Positions 42,062-54,618 of a stretch of DNA of 64,000 nt are shown in pieces. The notes under the pieces are model-generated. The model was not told the DNA's origin. It did no database searches and saw only the letters and a program-made list of their open reading frames with translations. Position numbers and translations under genes: made by a program. This DNA is from Octopus bimaculoides (lineage: Eukaryota). Positions within the stretch are counted from its first letter, which is position 1. Each line of letters opens with the position of its first letter. The DNA lies in NCBI RefSeq assembly GCF_001194135.2, contig NC_068983.1, positions 11,050,608-11,114,607 on the forward strand, written 5' to 3'.

Positions 42062-42450
42062 ACTCTTTTACTTGTTCCAGTCATTTGACTGGCCATGCTG
42101 GAGCACCGCCTCTAGTCGAGCAAATCGACCCCAGGACTTATTCTTTGTAAGCCTAGTACTTATTCTATCGGTGTCTTTTGCCGAACCGCTAAGTTACGGG
42201 GACGTAAACACACCAGCATCGGTTGTCAAGCGATGTTGGCGGGGACAAACATATACACACACACATACGTATATATACATACATATATATGAAGGGCTTC
42301 TTTCAGTTTCCGTCTACCAAATCCACTCGCAAGGCTTTGGTCGGCCCGAGGCTATAGTAGAAGACACTTGCCCAAGATGCCACGCAGTGGGACTGAACCC
42401 GGAACCATGTGTTTCGTAATCAAGCTACTTACCACACAGCCACTCCTACA
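42062..42450 (-). mobile_element. Family A SINE (young, CpG-rich)
   Basis: Full-length reverse-complement match. Confidence 0.88.
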
Positions 42451-43526
42451 CCTGAAAATTGAAAAGAATTTTACCTTATGGTCTTCAAAAAGTTGCGAAA
42501 CTGTGTGTTTGTGGATTCTGAAGACAGCAAATTGTGTGAGTTTAAAAGTTGGTTGGGATTGATTTGGCTGGCTTTCACTGTTTTGATTTTCAAAAGCATT
42601 GTGATTGAAGCTCTGTTCCCACACAATGCCATTATCTCAACGCTGTCTTATTATGTCTGCAAAATATGACTGGTAAAGCATTAACACCATTTTGCAGACA
42701 CTTATTCCTGTACGCCACCTCCATGCCCTGCATATTCTTCCCTGCTTCAGCTTGGCCAAAGTGAGAGAGAGTGGTGTGTGTGGGGGAGATTTCATAGATA
42801 GCAATCACTACCACAGAGGAATTCAGACTTCTTGAGTTTTAGAAAAAAATGTTTGAAATGACAAAAAAAAGAAACAGATGAGAAAGAGAGAGAGAAAGGA
42901 AAAGAAGAAGAAGAAAAAAATATAAGAAAATATATGAAGCGAATATATTTTTTTTTATTTCATTTTTTCCTTTTTTTTTCTTTCTTTCTCTTATTTTCTT
43001 TTTCTTTTCATATCCTCAAGATTAATTCCCCTCTCTGTCTGTCTGTCTGTCTCTCTCTCATATATCATGTGTTCTGTGCCATTTCTCTATTCTCTGCTGT
43101 AGTTACCTCTTCCTCTCTGCAAAGAATTAGTGCAAAGTCTCTCTCTCTCTCTCTTTCTCTCTTCTACCTCCGTAGAAGAAAAATTGTTTTATTTCTTTTT
43201 TTCTTCTCTTCCATTCCTTCATCACACCAGCACCAATGCACTTCTTTCTTTTTCGAAATGTTATTTTTGCTATACCATTACCACCGCCATCACCAGATTC
43301 ATATTTTCTTTTTTACTTGTAGTAAGAGGTGGGGGGGAGGTGACTGTTTGTGTGTGGCTGTGTGCGTGTGTGTGTGTGCATGCTTCTTCATGCCTGTTGA
43401 ACAATCATGCTAATATTCCAACAGACCTCTTCAGAAATATACAAGGAATTCTTTAGTTGAAAATTCAACATGCATGTAAACATCAAGAAACATTGTTGAT
43501 GTTTTATTCTTATTTTAAATGCTGGC

Positions 43527-43580
<54 letters not shown>

Positions 43581-45009
43581 TGATGATGACAGCAACAACA
43601 ACATTAACATTTTCCTGTTATTATCATGTGTAGTGATGTATTTATGAAAGCATGCTTATGCATGAATATAAATGTGTTTTCTGAATGCATTTGAAGATAA
43701 GTAATATTACTGCTTTCTGTAAGTATATGGTTTCACTTAGTAATCTCTCTTACAATGTTCTAAATAGAATATATATATAGTTAGTGATTTCTTAATATTT
43801 TCTAACTATTGGTCCTTAAAAGTAAAACATCAATGAAAAGCCAAAAAGTGCAATTGAGGCAATATTAAATAACAATAGCTATCTATGTATCATACTTAAT
43901 GTATATACACATTAGATAGGCCAGTTACTGCAGTATTGTCTTGAGATAGAATATCTTATGGATTTGATGTTTTAAAAGCAAAATAACTATCAGAGAGCAA
44001 CAAAAAATCATCCCAGCAGCATCCAGTTAGTGTTGGATGTATTTCAACCTTATTTGTTGAATGAATATCTCAGATTGTGATGGAATTTATTTTAGATACA
44101 CACAATTGAGGTTTACTATAGTAATCAATCTTATGACTGGCCCTCGTGCTGGTGGCACGTAAAAGCACCCACTACACTCTCTGAGTGGTTGGCGTTAGGA
44201 AAGGCATCTAGCTGTAGAAACTCTGCCAAATCAGATTGGAGCCTGGTGCAGCCTTCTGGTTCGCCAGTCCTCAGTCAAATCGTCCAACCCATGCTTGTTT
44301 TACTGTGTTTTACCATGTCGTCATGGCTCTGTCATACAGCATATCATTGCTAATCTCAAACCTTTGTCATCTCCCGTGTAAGGCTCAACACCCTGAGATC
44401 TGGCCTTGGCACTTCTTCCAATGATTTACTCCAACTTTTCCCTGTCTCACCATCATAAGGAATCCTTTATGCAGACAGTGAATCTTATGGTGTTCCTTCA
44501 GTCCACCTCTTGTCCTAAGATACCAATTTCTCATGAACAAATTCCTTCCATATCTGCCAGTGTTTCACTTGATATTGGGCATCACTAACGATTACCTTTA
44601 GTTTTTCAAGATCTTTTCCCTCTGCTATTCTACATACATAACACTTTTCAACTAACACTAAGCTACATCCCCCAATACCCCACCCCCACCCTTCTCTCTT
44701 TCTCTCTCTTTCTCTTTCTTCCTTTTTCTCATCTTTTTTTTTTAATGCATATATATATAAACAAACATAAATTGTCTCCTGGGGTGTAAAAACATTTTTT
44801 CTGTCTTTTTATTTTTTGTATTTTGTCAAAAAACTGTCCTATCTCTTTGCACATTACTTCTTGGATCCTCTGATTACATACCATTCCTCTAATGTTTGCA
44901 ATTTTGCACAACAGTTATTTCACACACTGGTTTTTTTCAAAACATTATGCATTCTTGATCTTTCAGCAAGTAATGCCATTTTTTCTTTCCTTTTATCATT
45001 GTGTTATTG

Positions 45010-45027
45010 GTGGTAGTGGTGGTGGTC

Positions 45028-45079
<52 letters not shown>

Positions 45080-45337
45080 CTGTAGTGGTGGTGGTAGTAG
45101 TAGTAGTGTTGTAGTAGTAGTAGTAGTAGTGTTGTTGTTGTAGTAGTATTGTAGTAGTACTGTAGTGGTGGTGGTGGTAGTAGTAGTAGTAGTACTGTAG
45201 TGGTGGTGGTAGTAGTAGTAGTAGTGTAGTGGTAGTAGTAGTAGTACTATAGTGGTGGTGGTGGTAGTAGTAGTAGTAGTAGTACTGTGGTGGTAGTAGT
45301 AGTTCTGTAGTGGTGGTAGTAATAGTAGTAGTAGTAG
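45010..45337. repeat. (AGT)n/(GGT)n compound microsatellite
   Basis: Directly visible. Confidence 0.95.
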
Positions 45338-45694
45338 GTTAGCAGAATTGTTTGAGTGTCGGAAATATTCCTTTGTAGTAATCAGTTGTGTCACTCGTAT
45401 GTCCTGGGTTCATGTCCCACCAAGGTCAACTTTGCCTTTCATCCTTCCAAGGTTGATAAAATAAAGCACCAGTTGAGTCCTTTGGTAGGTAATGTAGGTA
45501 AGAGTCGATGACGTGGTGAAGTTAACCCTTCTCCTCAAAAATATCTGGCCCTGTGCCCTATGTCAGAAACAATTATTATTTTGAATATTTCATTTTATAA
45601 GAATTGGTATTGTGTCGAATGCAAACTCAGTTGTAGTTATGCATTTTTTTTTTCTGTTGATTTGAAAAATAAAAATTATAAAAATTGTTAGGCG

Positions 45695-46172
45695 CTTGAG
45701 TGGCTGTGTGGTAAGTAGCTTGCTTACCAACCACATGGTTTCGGGTTCAGTCCCACTGCGTGGCACCTTGGGCAAGTGTCTTCTACTATAGCCTCGGGCT
45801 GACCAAAGCCTTGTGAGTGGATTTGGTAGACAGAAACTGAAAGAAGCCCATCGCATATATGTGTGTGTATANNNNNNNNNNNNNNNNNNNNNNNNNNNNN
45901 NNNNNNNNNNNNNNNNNNNNNNNNNNNNNNNNNNNNNNNNNNNNNNNNNNNNNNNNNNNNNNNGTGTGTTTGTGTGTCTGTGTATGTCCCCCCAGCATCA
46001 CTTGACAACCGATGTTGGTGCATTTATGTCCCCGTAACTTAGTGGTTCGGCAAAAGAGACCGAATGAATAAGTACTAGGCTTCCAAAGAATAAATCCTGG
46101 GGTCAATTTGCTCGACAAAAAGGCGGTGCTCCAGCATGGCCGCAGTCAAATGATTGAAACAAGTAAAAGAGA
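45695..46172 (+). mobile_element. Family A SINE (gap within the microsatellite)
   Basis: Full head, core and tail. Confidence 0.88.
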
Positions 46173-46669
46173 GTATCTGATTCATTGCTGCCATTTTAAC
46201 TGGAAGTTGAACAAGGTTCAATCTCAGCTGGCTTGCAGACAACTTAAAACTTGATTGTTTATTTATTTTCTCTTTGCTTTGGGGATCCTGACATCTTATT
46301 TTAGACACTGTTTAGATCTTGGTTCTTAAGGTAATTTGATTCTTTGTTCGCTGCTGTACCAGTATGGCCTCTCTCGTTCTATAAATACTGCTGAATCAGT
46401 TATGTATTAGCTTGCATTTTAATCCCAGGCTACTAAAATACCTGCTGTAATTGAATGTTACACATGCATTATTTATTCAGCTCTTTCTTTTGTTTATGCA
46501 AAACCTCAAGCCTCATCACCATGAGACTTTCATTCTTTCACTGAAATATCTCTTTTCTTCCAAAAACAACTGTCTCACACCACCATTACTCTTCACTTTT
46601 TTGCTTAGGTTCAGTTAGTGCAATACTTGTGGCTTTATCTGAATGTTACTCTAACCTTTTGTGTGTTTC

Positions 46670-46728
<59 letters not shown>

Positions 46729-47250
46729 GTCAAACTTACAAATGTCATTTTAACCTTTCCTATATTTACTGTCTGGTTGTTTTATTAATAACAGTAGTCT
46801 TCATAGCAATGTCAGAGGGATGATTTAACCCACCAAACCTGTATATGAAAAGCAACTGCACTTAAAAGACCCCTAAACAGATTTAGATAAAAGGAACCAG
46901 AAGATTCCTCCATTGCCCCTTTTTAATGAGCTAAAAATATGGACGTATGGATCACTCTTATATAGTTAGTCAAACTGTTACTTCTCCCCTGTTTATAGAA
47001 TATATTTTCCGTCCTAAAAACGTAAATAAAAATCCTCTCTAGACATGGTTGTAACCCTAAAATTAGGAGACCAGAAAATCTCTAGCTGCTTGCTATTATA
47101 TACAGCCACTATTCGGTTGTTCTGCTGTAGTTAGTGCTACACTAGCACCAAGTATTTAGAACTAGTAACAAATTCATACAGAGGAATGTCTTTGTAATTC
47201 TTGTTCACCTACCTCAGTTACAACTATAGTTACATCTGTGTTTTCTTCAT

Positions 47251-47315
<65 letters not shown>

Positions 47316-47710
47316 ACAAATAACATGTGAGTATATGCATATATATGTACATGTATGTAGGGGTTGTATGATAGTGTATAGAGGAATATATTATTCAAAA
47401 GAGATCCAACTCTGTTTTTTTATGTTTTATTTATATTCTTATAATATTAATGTAGGATTTAGAATATATAATATATACAGTAAAATGAAATGAAGTATTG
47501 ATTGTCTTATTGAATAAATGAAATATTAAATTTTAAAGAACTAGTATACTTTCTTGCATTTCAACAGTCTTCAAGGTCCCAGGTTGTGTAAACATAAGGA
47601 CACACGAAATGTGTCACGGCTGACAGGAAGCGGTGCTGCTTCCTAGGACTAAATAGCAGTAGTATTATTCCCTTCATGGGACTGTCATATTAAGTTGACA
47701 GCATGCAACT

Positions 47711-47748
<38 letters not shown>

Positions 47749-48183
47749 GTTATTCGATTACACTGAACCCAGAAAGATGCAAGGCAAGGTCAACCTCAGC
47801 AGAATTTGAACTCATAATCAATGTTATATAATCATTGCATTCATTCATGTTTATCAACTTGTTAAATGATTTATCTATCTACATGTTGTCGAAACAGCTG
47901 TAAACCCTGGAAGAAATGTGATGCCACCAACTCCATTCTTTCCTTGTTTTATTTATTTATATATACGCATACACACACATATATACACATATATACATAC
48001 TCTATGAATCTAGAACCTAGAGGACTCGTCCAAACTTATTGTACACATACACATCCTCTAATAATAACAGCATCCAGATCTTACATCATATCCAGCAAAT
48101 TCTGTGGTTATTTTGTTTACATTTTTTCTTTTTTTTTCAGGCAATTTTCTAGTTTTGAATTCAACCGTGATGGTGAAGTCGTT

Positions 48184-48320
48184 ATGATTGCTGAACCATA
48201 CCATCAGTCACATCAATCACACCACCATCAGCAGCAGCAGTCAACATCTATGGTCTCACAGTGTCTTTCTCAATCTCTCGATATGGATACTGAAAACCTT
48301 CCATTAAATCTCTCTGTCTC

Positions 48321-48352
<32 letters not shown>

Positions 48353-48625
48353 GTGGTGGTAGTAGTAGTAGTAGCAATAGTATTAATAATAACAACAACA
48401 ACAACAACAACAGTAACACCAACAGCCATCATTATCATCACCACCACCACAGCAACAACAACAATTCCTCCTCTCCAATCCCTTCACCTGCCAATTCCTC
48501 AGCACTGTCTACCCAACAGCAGCAGTTGCGTCCATCTGTGATAACTTGTGCCTTCGCCAATAGATATACGAACATGACTACCTTTGTACAGCCACATAGT
48601 CCAAGCCGTCGAGAACTTACATCAG
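48184..48625 (+). CDS. VGLL4: Vestigial-like 4 / Tgi ortholog, first identified coding exon (acceptor at 48140/48141; the frame is open upstream of the ATG, so the true start may lie in an upstream exon)
   Basis: Polypyrimidine-CAG acceptor ending at 48140. Encodes MIAEPY...DTENLPLNLS...QLRPSVITCA...RRELTS; RPSVITCA is a conserved VGLL4 motif. Donor CAG|GTGAGT at 48626 (phase 1). Confidence 0.85.
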
Positions 48626-48751
48626 GTGAGTCAAAATTTCACAACTTACTATTGTTACATGCAATGTATTGTACATTTAAGCATACAACATCTAACATCA
48701 AAATATTAAAATTCCCTTTTTATTCTATTTTGTTACATTTATTCTTTAAAA

Positions 48752-49135
48752 GTGGAGGCGCAATGGCCCAGTGGTTAGGGCAGCGAACTCGCTGTCATAG
48801 GGTCGCGGTTTTGATTCCCAGACCGGGCATTGTGAGTGTTTATTGAGCGAAAACACCTAAAGCTCCACAAGGCTCCGGCTGGGGATGGTGGCGAACCCTG
48901 CTGTACTCTTCCACCACAACTTTCTCTCACTCTTACTTCCTGTTTCTGTTGTGCCTGTAACTCAAAGGGTCAGCCTTGTCACACTGTGTCACGCTGAATA
49001 TCCCCGAGAACTACGTTAAGGTTATATGTGTCTGTGGAGTGCTCAGCCACTTGCATGTTAATTTCACGAGCAGGCTGTTCCGTTGATCTGATCAACTGGA
49101 ACCCTCGACGTCGTAAGCGACGGAGTGCCAACAGC
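48752..49135 (+). mobile_element. Family B tRNA-headed SINE
   Basis: GGAGGCGCAATGGCCCAGTGGTTAGGGCAGCG... head; similar copies at 53481 and 26911-27208. Confidence 0.82.
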
Positions 49136-49334
49136 AAATTCTTTAAGGGTACAGACGTGTCTGTATAGTTGAGAGGTTTGCTTCCCAGCAACATAGTTCC
49201 TAGTTTGGTCCCACTGTGTGGCACCTTGGACAAGTATCTTCCGCTATGGCCTCAGGTCAACCAAAGACTTGTGAGTGGATCTGGTAGATGGAAACTGAAA
49301 GAAGCCCATTGTGTGTGTGTATGTGTGTGAATAA

Positions 49335-49545
49335 ATACTCTTTTACTTGTTTCAGTCATTTGACTGCGGCCATGCTGGAGCACCGCCTTTAGTCGAATCA
49401 AATCGACCCTAGGACTTATTCTTTGTAAGCCTAGTACTTATTCTATTGCGCTCTTTTGCCGAACCGCTAAATTACGGGGACGTAAACACACCAGTATTGG
49501 TTGTCAAGCGATGTTGTGGGGACAAACACAGACACACAAACACAT

Positions 49546-49582
<37 letters not shown>

Positions 49583-49745
49583 CGACTGGCCTCTTTCAGT
49601 CTCTGTCTACCAAATCCACTCACAAGGCTTTGGTCAGCCCGAGGCTATCGTAGAAGACATTTGCCCAAGGTGCCACGCAGTTGGATTGAACCCAGAACCA
49701 TGTGGTTGGTAAGCAAGCTACTTACCACACAGCCACTCCTGCGCC
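49335..49745 (-). mobile_element. Family A SINE, tail-to-tail with a partial + strand copy at 49160-49330
   Basis: Full-length reverse-complement match. Confidence 0.85.
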
Positions 49746-50776
49746 TATAATAGATAGATGTGTGTTTGTTTGTGTGTGTGTGTGTATGTATGAGTGTTAG
49801 TGTCTCTTTGTCTTAGCATTGTGATAGTTGTAAGTGAGTGTTACCATCATACAACTGGTGTCCATCATTTCCAGTCTTCCTTGGAAACATGTCTGACTGT
49901 AGAGAAATATTACCTCACTTGGAAACAGGTGAAGGTTGGCAACAGCAAGGGCAGCCTACTGTAGAAAATCAGCCTCAGAAAATTCCATCAAAACCCATTT
50001 GAACATGGAAAAGGGGACATTAGAATATTGATGGTGATGGTAGTGGTGAACTGAATTATTGATAGTTGTCATAGACACTTCACTGCTAAATATGGCAAGC
50101 AGCAAAATTTCAACCAATTTTACTTCACTGACTCAACCAGCTACAACTTGCATTTCAAAGAAATATAATTTTAATCTAGATATCTAGTGTCATCACTCGT
50201 TTCTTTCTACTCGTGTCTGCCAGTTCTTCATCCATTTCTCTGCTTGCCAAAAAGCTTACAGACTTTTTCTGTGTTACAAATGGCTATTCATCATGATACA
50301 CTATACAACATAATTAAAGAGCTGCGGCAGAGAAACAGTTATAAATTCAAGAGTATAGACATTTGTCTATATAAGAGCTCTTCAGTCTATAAATCATGCT
50401 GAAATTGGCAACATTCCACAAGTGCCCAGGTAAATACACTTACACACCCAGGTGTGTATGTACACACACAAAGGCATATATAGTTGTTTCTGCCTGCACA
50501 TACAACTTTTGTACTTATATATTAACTTCTATTACTGTGATAATTTGTAAATGTGTAGATATATATCATGTGTGTTTAAGTATGTACCCATATGTACATT
50601 CTACATGAAAAGTATTTTTATTTGCGGTAATTTGCATATATACATATTTTATGATTTCATTTAAGCATAGCAAAACTAATAACCAGTTGTTAAAACTTGA
50701 TATATCTCTGCTTCAGTGTAAAGTGTTAGGCAGGTACAGAGCATAATATTAATTAATATATGACAAATGAACAGGA

Positions 50777-50942
50777 CATTATTTACATTTGACAGATATT
50801 TGTCCTCATCTTGTTTTGTTGTTAACACAACGTATCGGCTGATATACCCTCCAGCCTTCATCAGGTGTCTTGGGGAAATTTCGAATCTGGGTTCTCATTC
50901 CTAAGGTATTTTTCGATGTTGTTGTTATAATCATCATCATTA

Positions 50943-50974
<32 letters not shown>

Positions 50975-51327
50975 GTTATTGTTATTATTATTTTTCAGGT
51001 CGCTGCCTGGAATCAAACTTGAAATCTTGGGGTTAGTAGCCCGCACTCTTAACCACTATGCCATATGCCCGTGGGCATAGTGGTTAAGAGCGCAGGCTAC
51101 TAACCCCAAGATTCCGAGTTCAATTCCAGGCAGTGACCTGAATAATAATAACAACATCAAAAAATACCTTAGGAATGAGAACCCAGGTTCGAAATTTCCC
51201 CCAAGACACCTGATGAAGGCTGGAGGGTATATCAGCTGAAACGTGTTAACAAACAAGATGAGGACAAATATCCGTCAAATGTAAATAATGTAAATAATTC
51301 CTCGTCTCTTAAATATAGAACTGTATT
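50777..51327. mobile_element. Head-to-head inverted dimer of a tRNA-headed element with a hammerhead-bearing Penelope-type tail
   Basis: Arms 50777-51070 and 51073-51290 are reverse complements apart from microsatellite length and small indels. 12-bp TSD AAATGAACAGGA at 50765-50776 and 51328-51339. Confidence 0.8.
51205..51247 (+). ncRNA. Minimal hammerhead ribozyme motif (degenerate); mirror copy at 50824-50869 on the minus strand
   Basis: GACAC-CTGATGA-A-GGCTG-GAGGGTATAT-CAGC(C/T)-GAAAC-GTT-GTGTT when both arms are combined. The right arm lost 3 nt at the cleavage site and the left arm has GATAC. Confidence 0.6.
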
Positions 51328-51892
51328 AAATGAACAGGAGTTGTGTAATCACCTTCGTTAGTTTACTGTTGTTTCTGCAATAAGATTCAGAGCTGAATGC
51401 TTGTGCAGCATCCTATAACTACCAGCAAAAGTTACATAGTGACTCAAGAGACCAAGAGTTTCGGCTCCTATCAAAGATTGATTACTGCCATTGCCAACTA
51501 TCACTAGACTCTTTGAAACCTAGCTGTGATACAATTTCTTCTTGAGAAGGATTTGACTGCTACATCTATAAATCAATCAACCACTTAGTGGCTCCTTCTT
51601 TGACTCAGCATCATCTTTGTTCTAGCACTAGGTTACCAAACTTTTACTATTTCCAGTGGTCAGCAATATTTATTTTATAACTTTAGATGCTGCCAGATGG
51701 TTCCCTGCACCAAGAACATTTAAATATTTGCTTGCCACCCAGAACATTTCACTTGATATCCATCCTTCATCCTGAATACCCTTCTCTCCACCCACATTTT
51801 ACATAAATCACGACCCCTCTCTGAGCCACTAAATTATCTCTCCTTCTCCATTATCGTACATTTCTCACCCTCCCATACACTATACCTGCCTT

Positions 51893-51993
<101 letters not shown>

Positions 51994-53480
51994 CTTTCCC
52001 TGTTTACTGTATCACTTACCATTCTGCTGCTCTTCACACCCTCTTTTCTGTGCTGTCAGTCATCTCCTACTCTCCCCCACCTTTCCACAACTCAAGCATA
52101 TTTGTTCTTCATTCATTATATTCACACACACCTTACCCATTCTCCATTTCGTAATACATACACACTCGCACAACAGGATTCTTTCAGTTTCCATGTAGCA
52201 AATCCACTTACAAGGCCCAAGGCTATTGTAGAAGATACTTACCTAAGATGCAGTACAGTTGGATTGAACCCAAGGCGTCATGGCTGGGAAGCAAATTTCC
52301 TAACTACACAGTCACGCCTGTACTTATGTGTGTTGAAATAGTTATATCTGTGTTGTTTTTTTTTCTCTCTCAGAAGAAATTATTATCCAAAATTTTATGA
52401 GTTAGTACTTCCATAAACTAGTAAAATGTGAGAAGAATGTTGTGGTTATGAATGTGAAAGAAAACTACACCATGTAGAAGTGGTGAGACTAATTGTAAGT
52501 TAACTGGAATACTATTCAGTATTAGGTTTGGTATTTAAAGATGTAGTGTCAGTCATGTTCATAGCTGAATGTAGGGGTGTATTTGAAGCAGTGTGTTTGG
52601 TGATATTTGGAGCTGGAGTTTAGGTAGTGGTAGTGGTGGTGGTGTCAATGACAAACTGAGGCAGTCTGGAGTAATATAATTATTATGGTTAACTAGTTTT
52701 CAGATGGATTGCTCAAATTGTCACTCATCTAAGAACTGTGCTTGCTTGTCTTACCAATGCCTTAACTTCTGTAAGCTGACAAAAAAAAAAAAAATTCTGT
52801 ATTTTCAGCATCAATCGTTATGGCATAAATTCTTCATTTAGGGTATCTTGTTGTTTTTGCCGTTTTTCTCCTTCTCTGAAGCGAGCATATTTCCATATAA
52901 AACGTAACTGAATACTTTAGCTCATTATATCAAGAATGCCATGTATGTTCACTGGTATTTAGTACCGCTCTGAAATGGTTATCCTGAGAATTTGTATTGA
53001 GAAACTGTAAACTACAGGAATTTCTTTCCTTCCTTCTTTCTTTCTTTACTGCCACCTACCTTACCAACAGCATCCAAAAGACCTTCGTTAAAATTTGTCA
53101 GATGTTGTTTTAACCCTTGCTACACTAATTATATATCATGCTTCAAGACTTACTCATCCACTTCCTTGTTGTTTTCCTGTTTTGTCTTTACACTTCACAC
53201 CTGAATTTTTTTTATTATTTTATCTTATTTTATTTATTATTTTAAGAGAAATGAAGGTGGCTCTAGAATGAACCAGGCTTAAGAAGTATTACCTAAAATG
53301 TAAAATGCATAGCAGTACATTGGCTGCTACGAGCATAGTTGAAAATAAGACTGAATATTTTCCCCCGACTGTTTTGCATTTTTACATGTTTGCATAAATG
53401 AACTGGTTGGTTGTTGTCAAATTAGATGTTTGCATATTACTTCAAGAAAGACATTTTTGCAATGGAGTACCTCTCCAGTG

Positions 53481-54151
53481 TGGAGGCGCAATGGCCCAGT
53501 GATTAGGGCAGCGGACTCGCGGTCATAGGATTGCGGTTTCGATTCCCAGACCGGGCGTTGTGAGTGTTTATTGAGCGAAAACACCTAAAGTTCCACGAGG
53601 CTCTGGCAGGGGATGGTGGAGAACCCTGCTGTACTCTTTCACCACAACTTTCTCTCACTCTTTCTTCCTGTTTCTGTTGTACTTGTATTTCAAAGGGCCT
53701 ACCTTGTCACACTCTGTGTCACACTGAATTACCCCAAGAACTACGTTAAAGGTACACGTGTCTGTGGAGTGCTCAGCCACTTGCACGAAATCGTGATGGC
53801 ACCTGTGCCCAGCGTCGCCTTCCTGGCACTTGTGCCGGTGGCACGTGTAAAGACATTCGAGCAAGATCGTTGTCAGTGCCGCCGGACTGGCTCCTGTGTA
53901 GGTGGCACATAAGATACACCATTTTGAACGTGGCCGTTGCCAGTACCACCTGACTGGCCTTAGTGCCAGTGGCACATAAAAGCACCCACTACACTCTCTG
54001 AGTGGTTGGCGTTAGGAAGGGCATCCAGCTGTAGAAACTCTGCCAAATCAGATTGGAGCCTGGTGTAGCCATCTGGTTCGCCAGTCCTCAGTCAAATCGT
54101 CCAACCCATGCTAGCATGGAAAGCGGACGTTAAACGATGATGATGATGATG
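53481..54151 (+). mobile_element. Family B SINE (53481-53789) joined directly to a family D RTE-type tail (53790-54151)
   Basis: Family B similarity stops at CAGCCACTTGCACG and family D sequence follows to (GAT)n. Confidence 0.8.
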
Positions 54152-54501
54152 TATGAAACAAGGGTTAACTAAAATACTCAAAACAAGCATGGATGTTTGG
54201 GAGAAACATGAAAAGGGACAGGTAAAGGGTTAATAAATGGCTCTATCAAAGTTACATAATCTATTTATGAAAACTAAATATGGTTTTACTATTCAGTTAA
54301 CCAATGAAGTCGTAAAAGTATGAAGCTTACCAAGCTTTCAATATCTGGAATATGCTGGGTGTCTGAGTTCTTCAAATTTTTCAACAGAACGGGTTAACCA
54401 TTCTATTAGTGAATGCCTCATCTGTCTCATATACTGTTGAGAACATTTTTGAGATCCTACAATTACAGAAAATCTGAAATGTATTTGTTACCATTTTACA
54501 G

Positions 54502-54618
54502 GTATGTGTGATCCAGAGGAGCATTTTCGTCGGTCCTTAGGAAAGGACTATAAGAAATTAAACCGCCAATCTCCTGTTCCCATGACTAGAACCAAGATTA
54601 CAGATTCTGTGGCATCAG
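54502..54618 (+). CDS. VGLL4: VGLL4/Tgi ortholog, 117-nt symmetric (phase 1-1) exon encoding Tondu motif 1
   Basis: TTTTACAG acceptor and CAG|GTAAGC donor. Encodes (G)MCDPEEHFRRSLGKDYKKL...DSVAS, matching the VGLL4 EEHFRRSLG motif and in frame with both flanking exons. Confidence 0.9.

Noticed and set aside
48752-48830. SINE heads as functional tRNA genes (families A, B, C)
   Set aside because: A and B boxes are present but the cloverleaves are incomplete and the heads run into SINE cores and tails.
47866-48846. 326-aa single-exon gene as in the ORF track
   Set aside because: Strong splice sites at 48140 and 48626 bound the homologous part. The flanks are intronic read-through.
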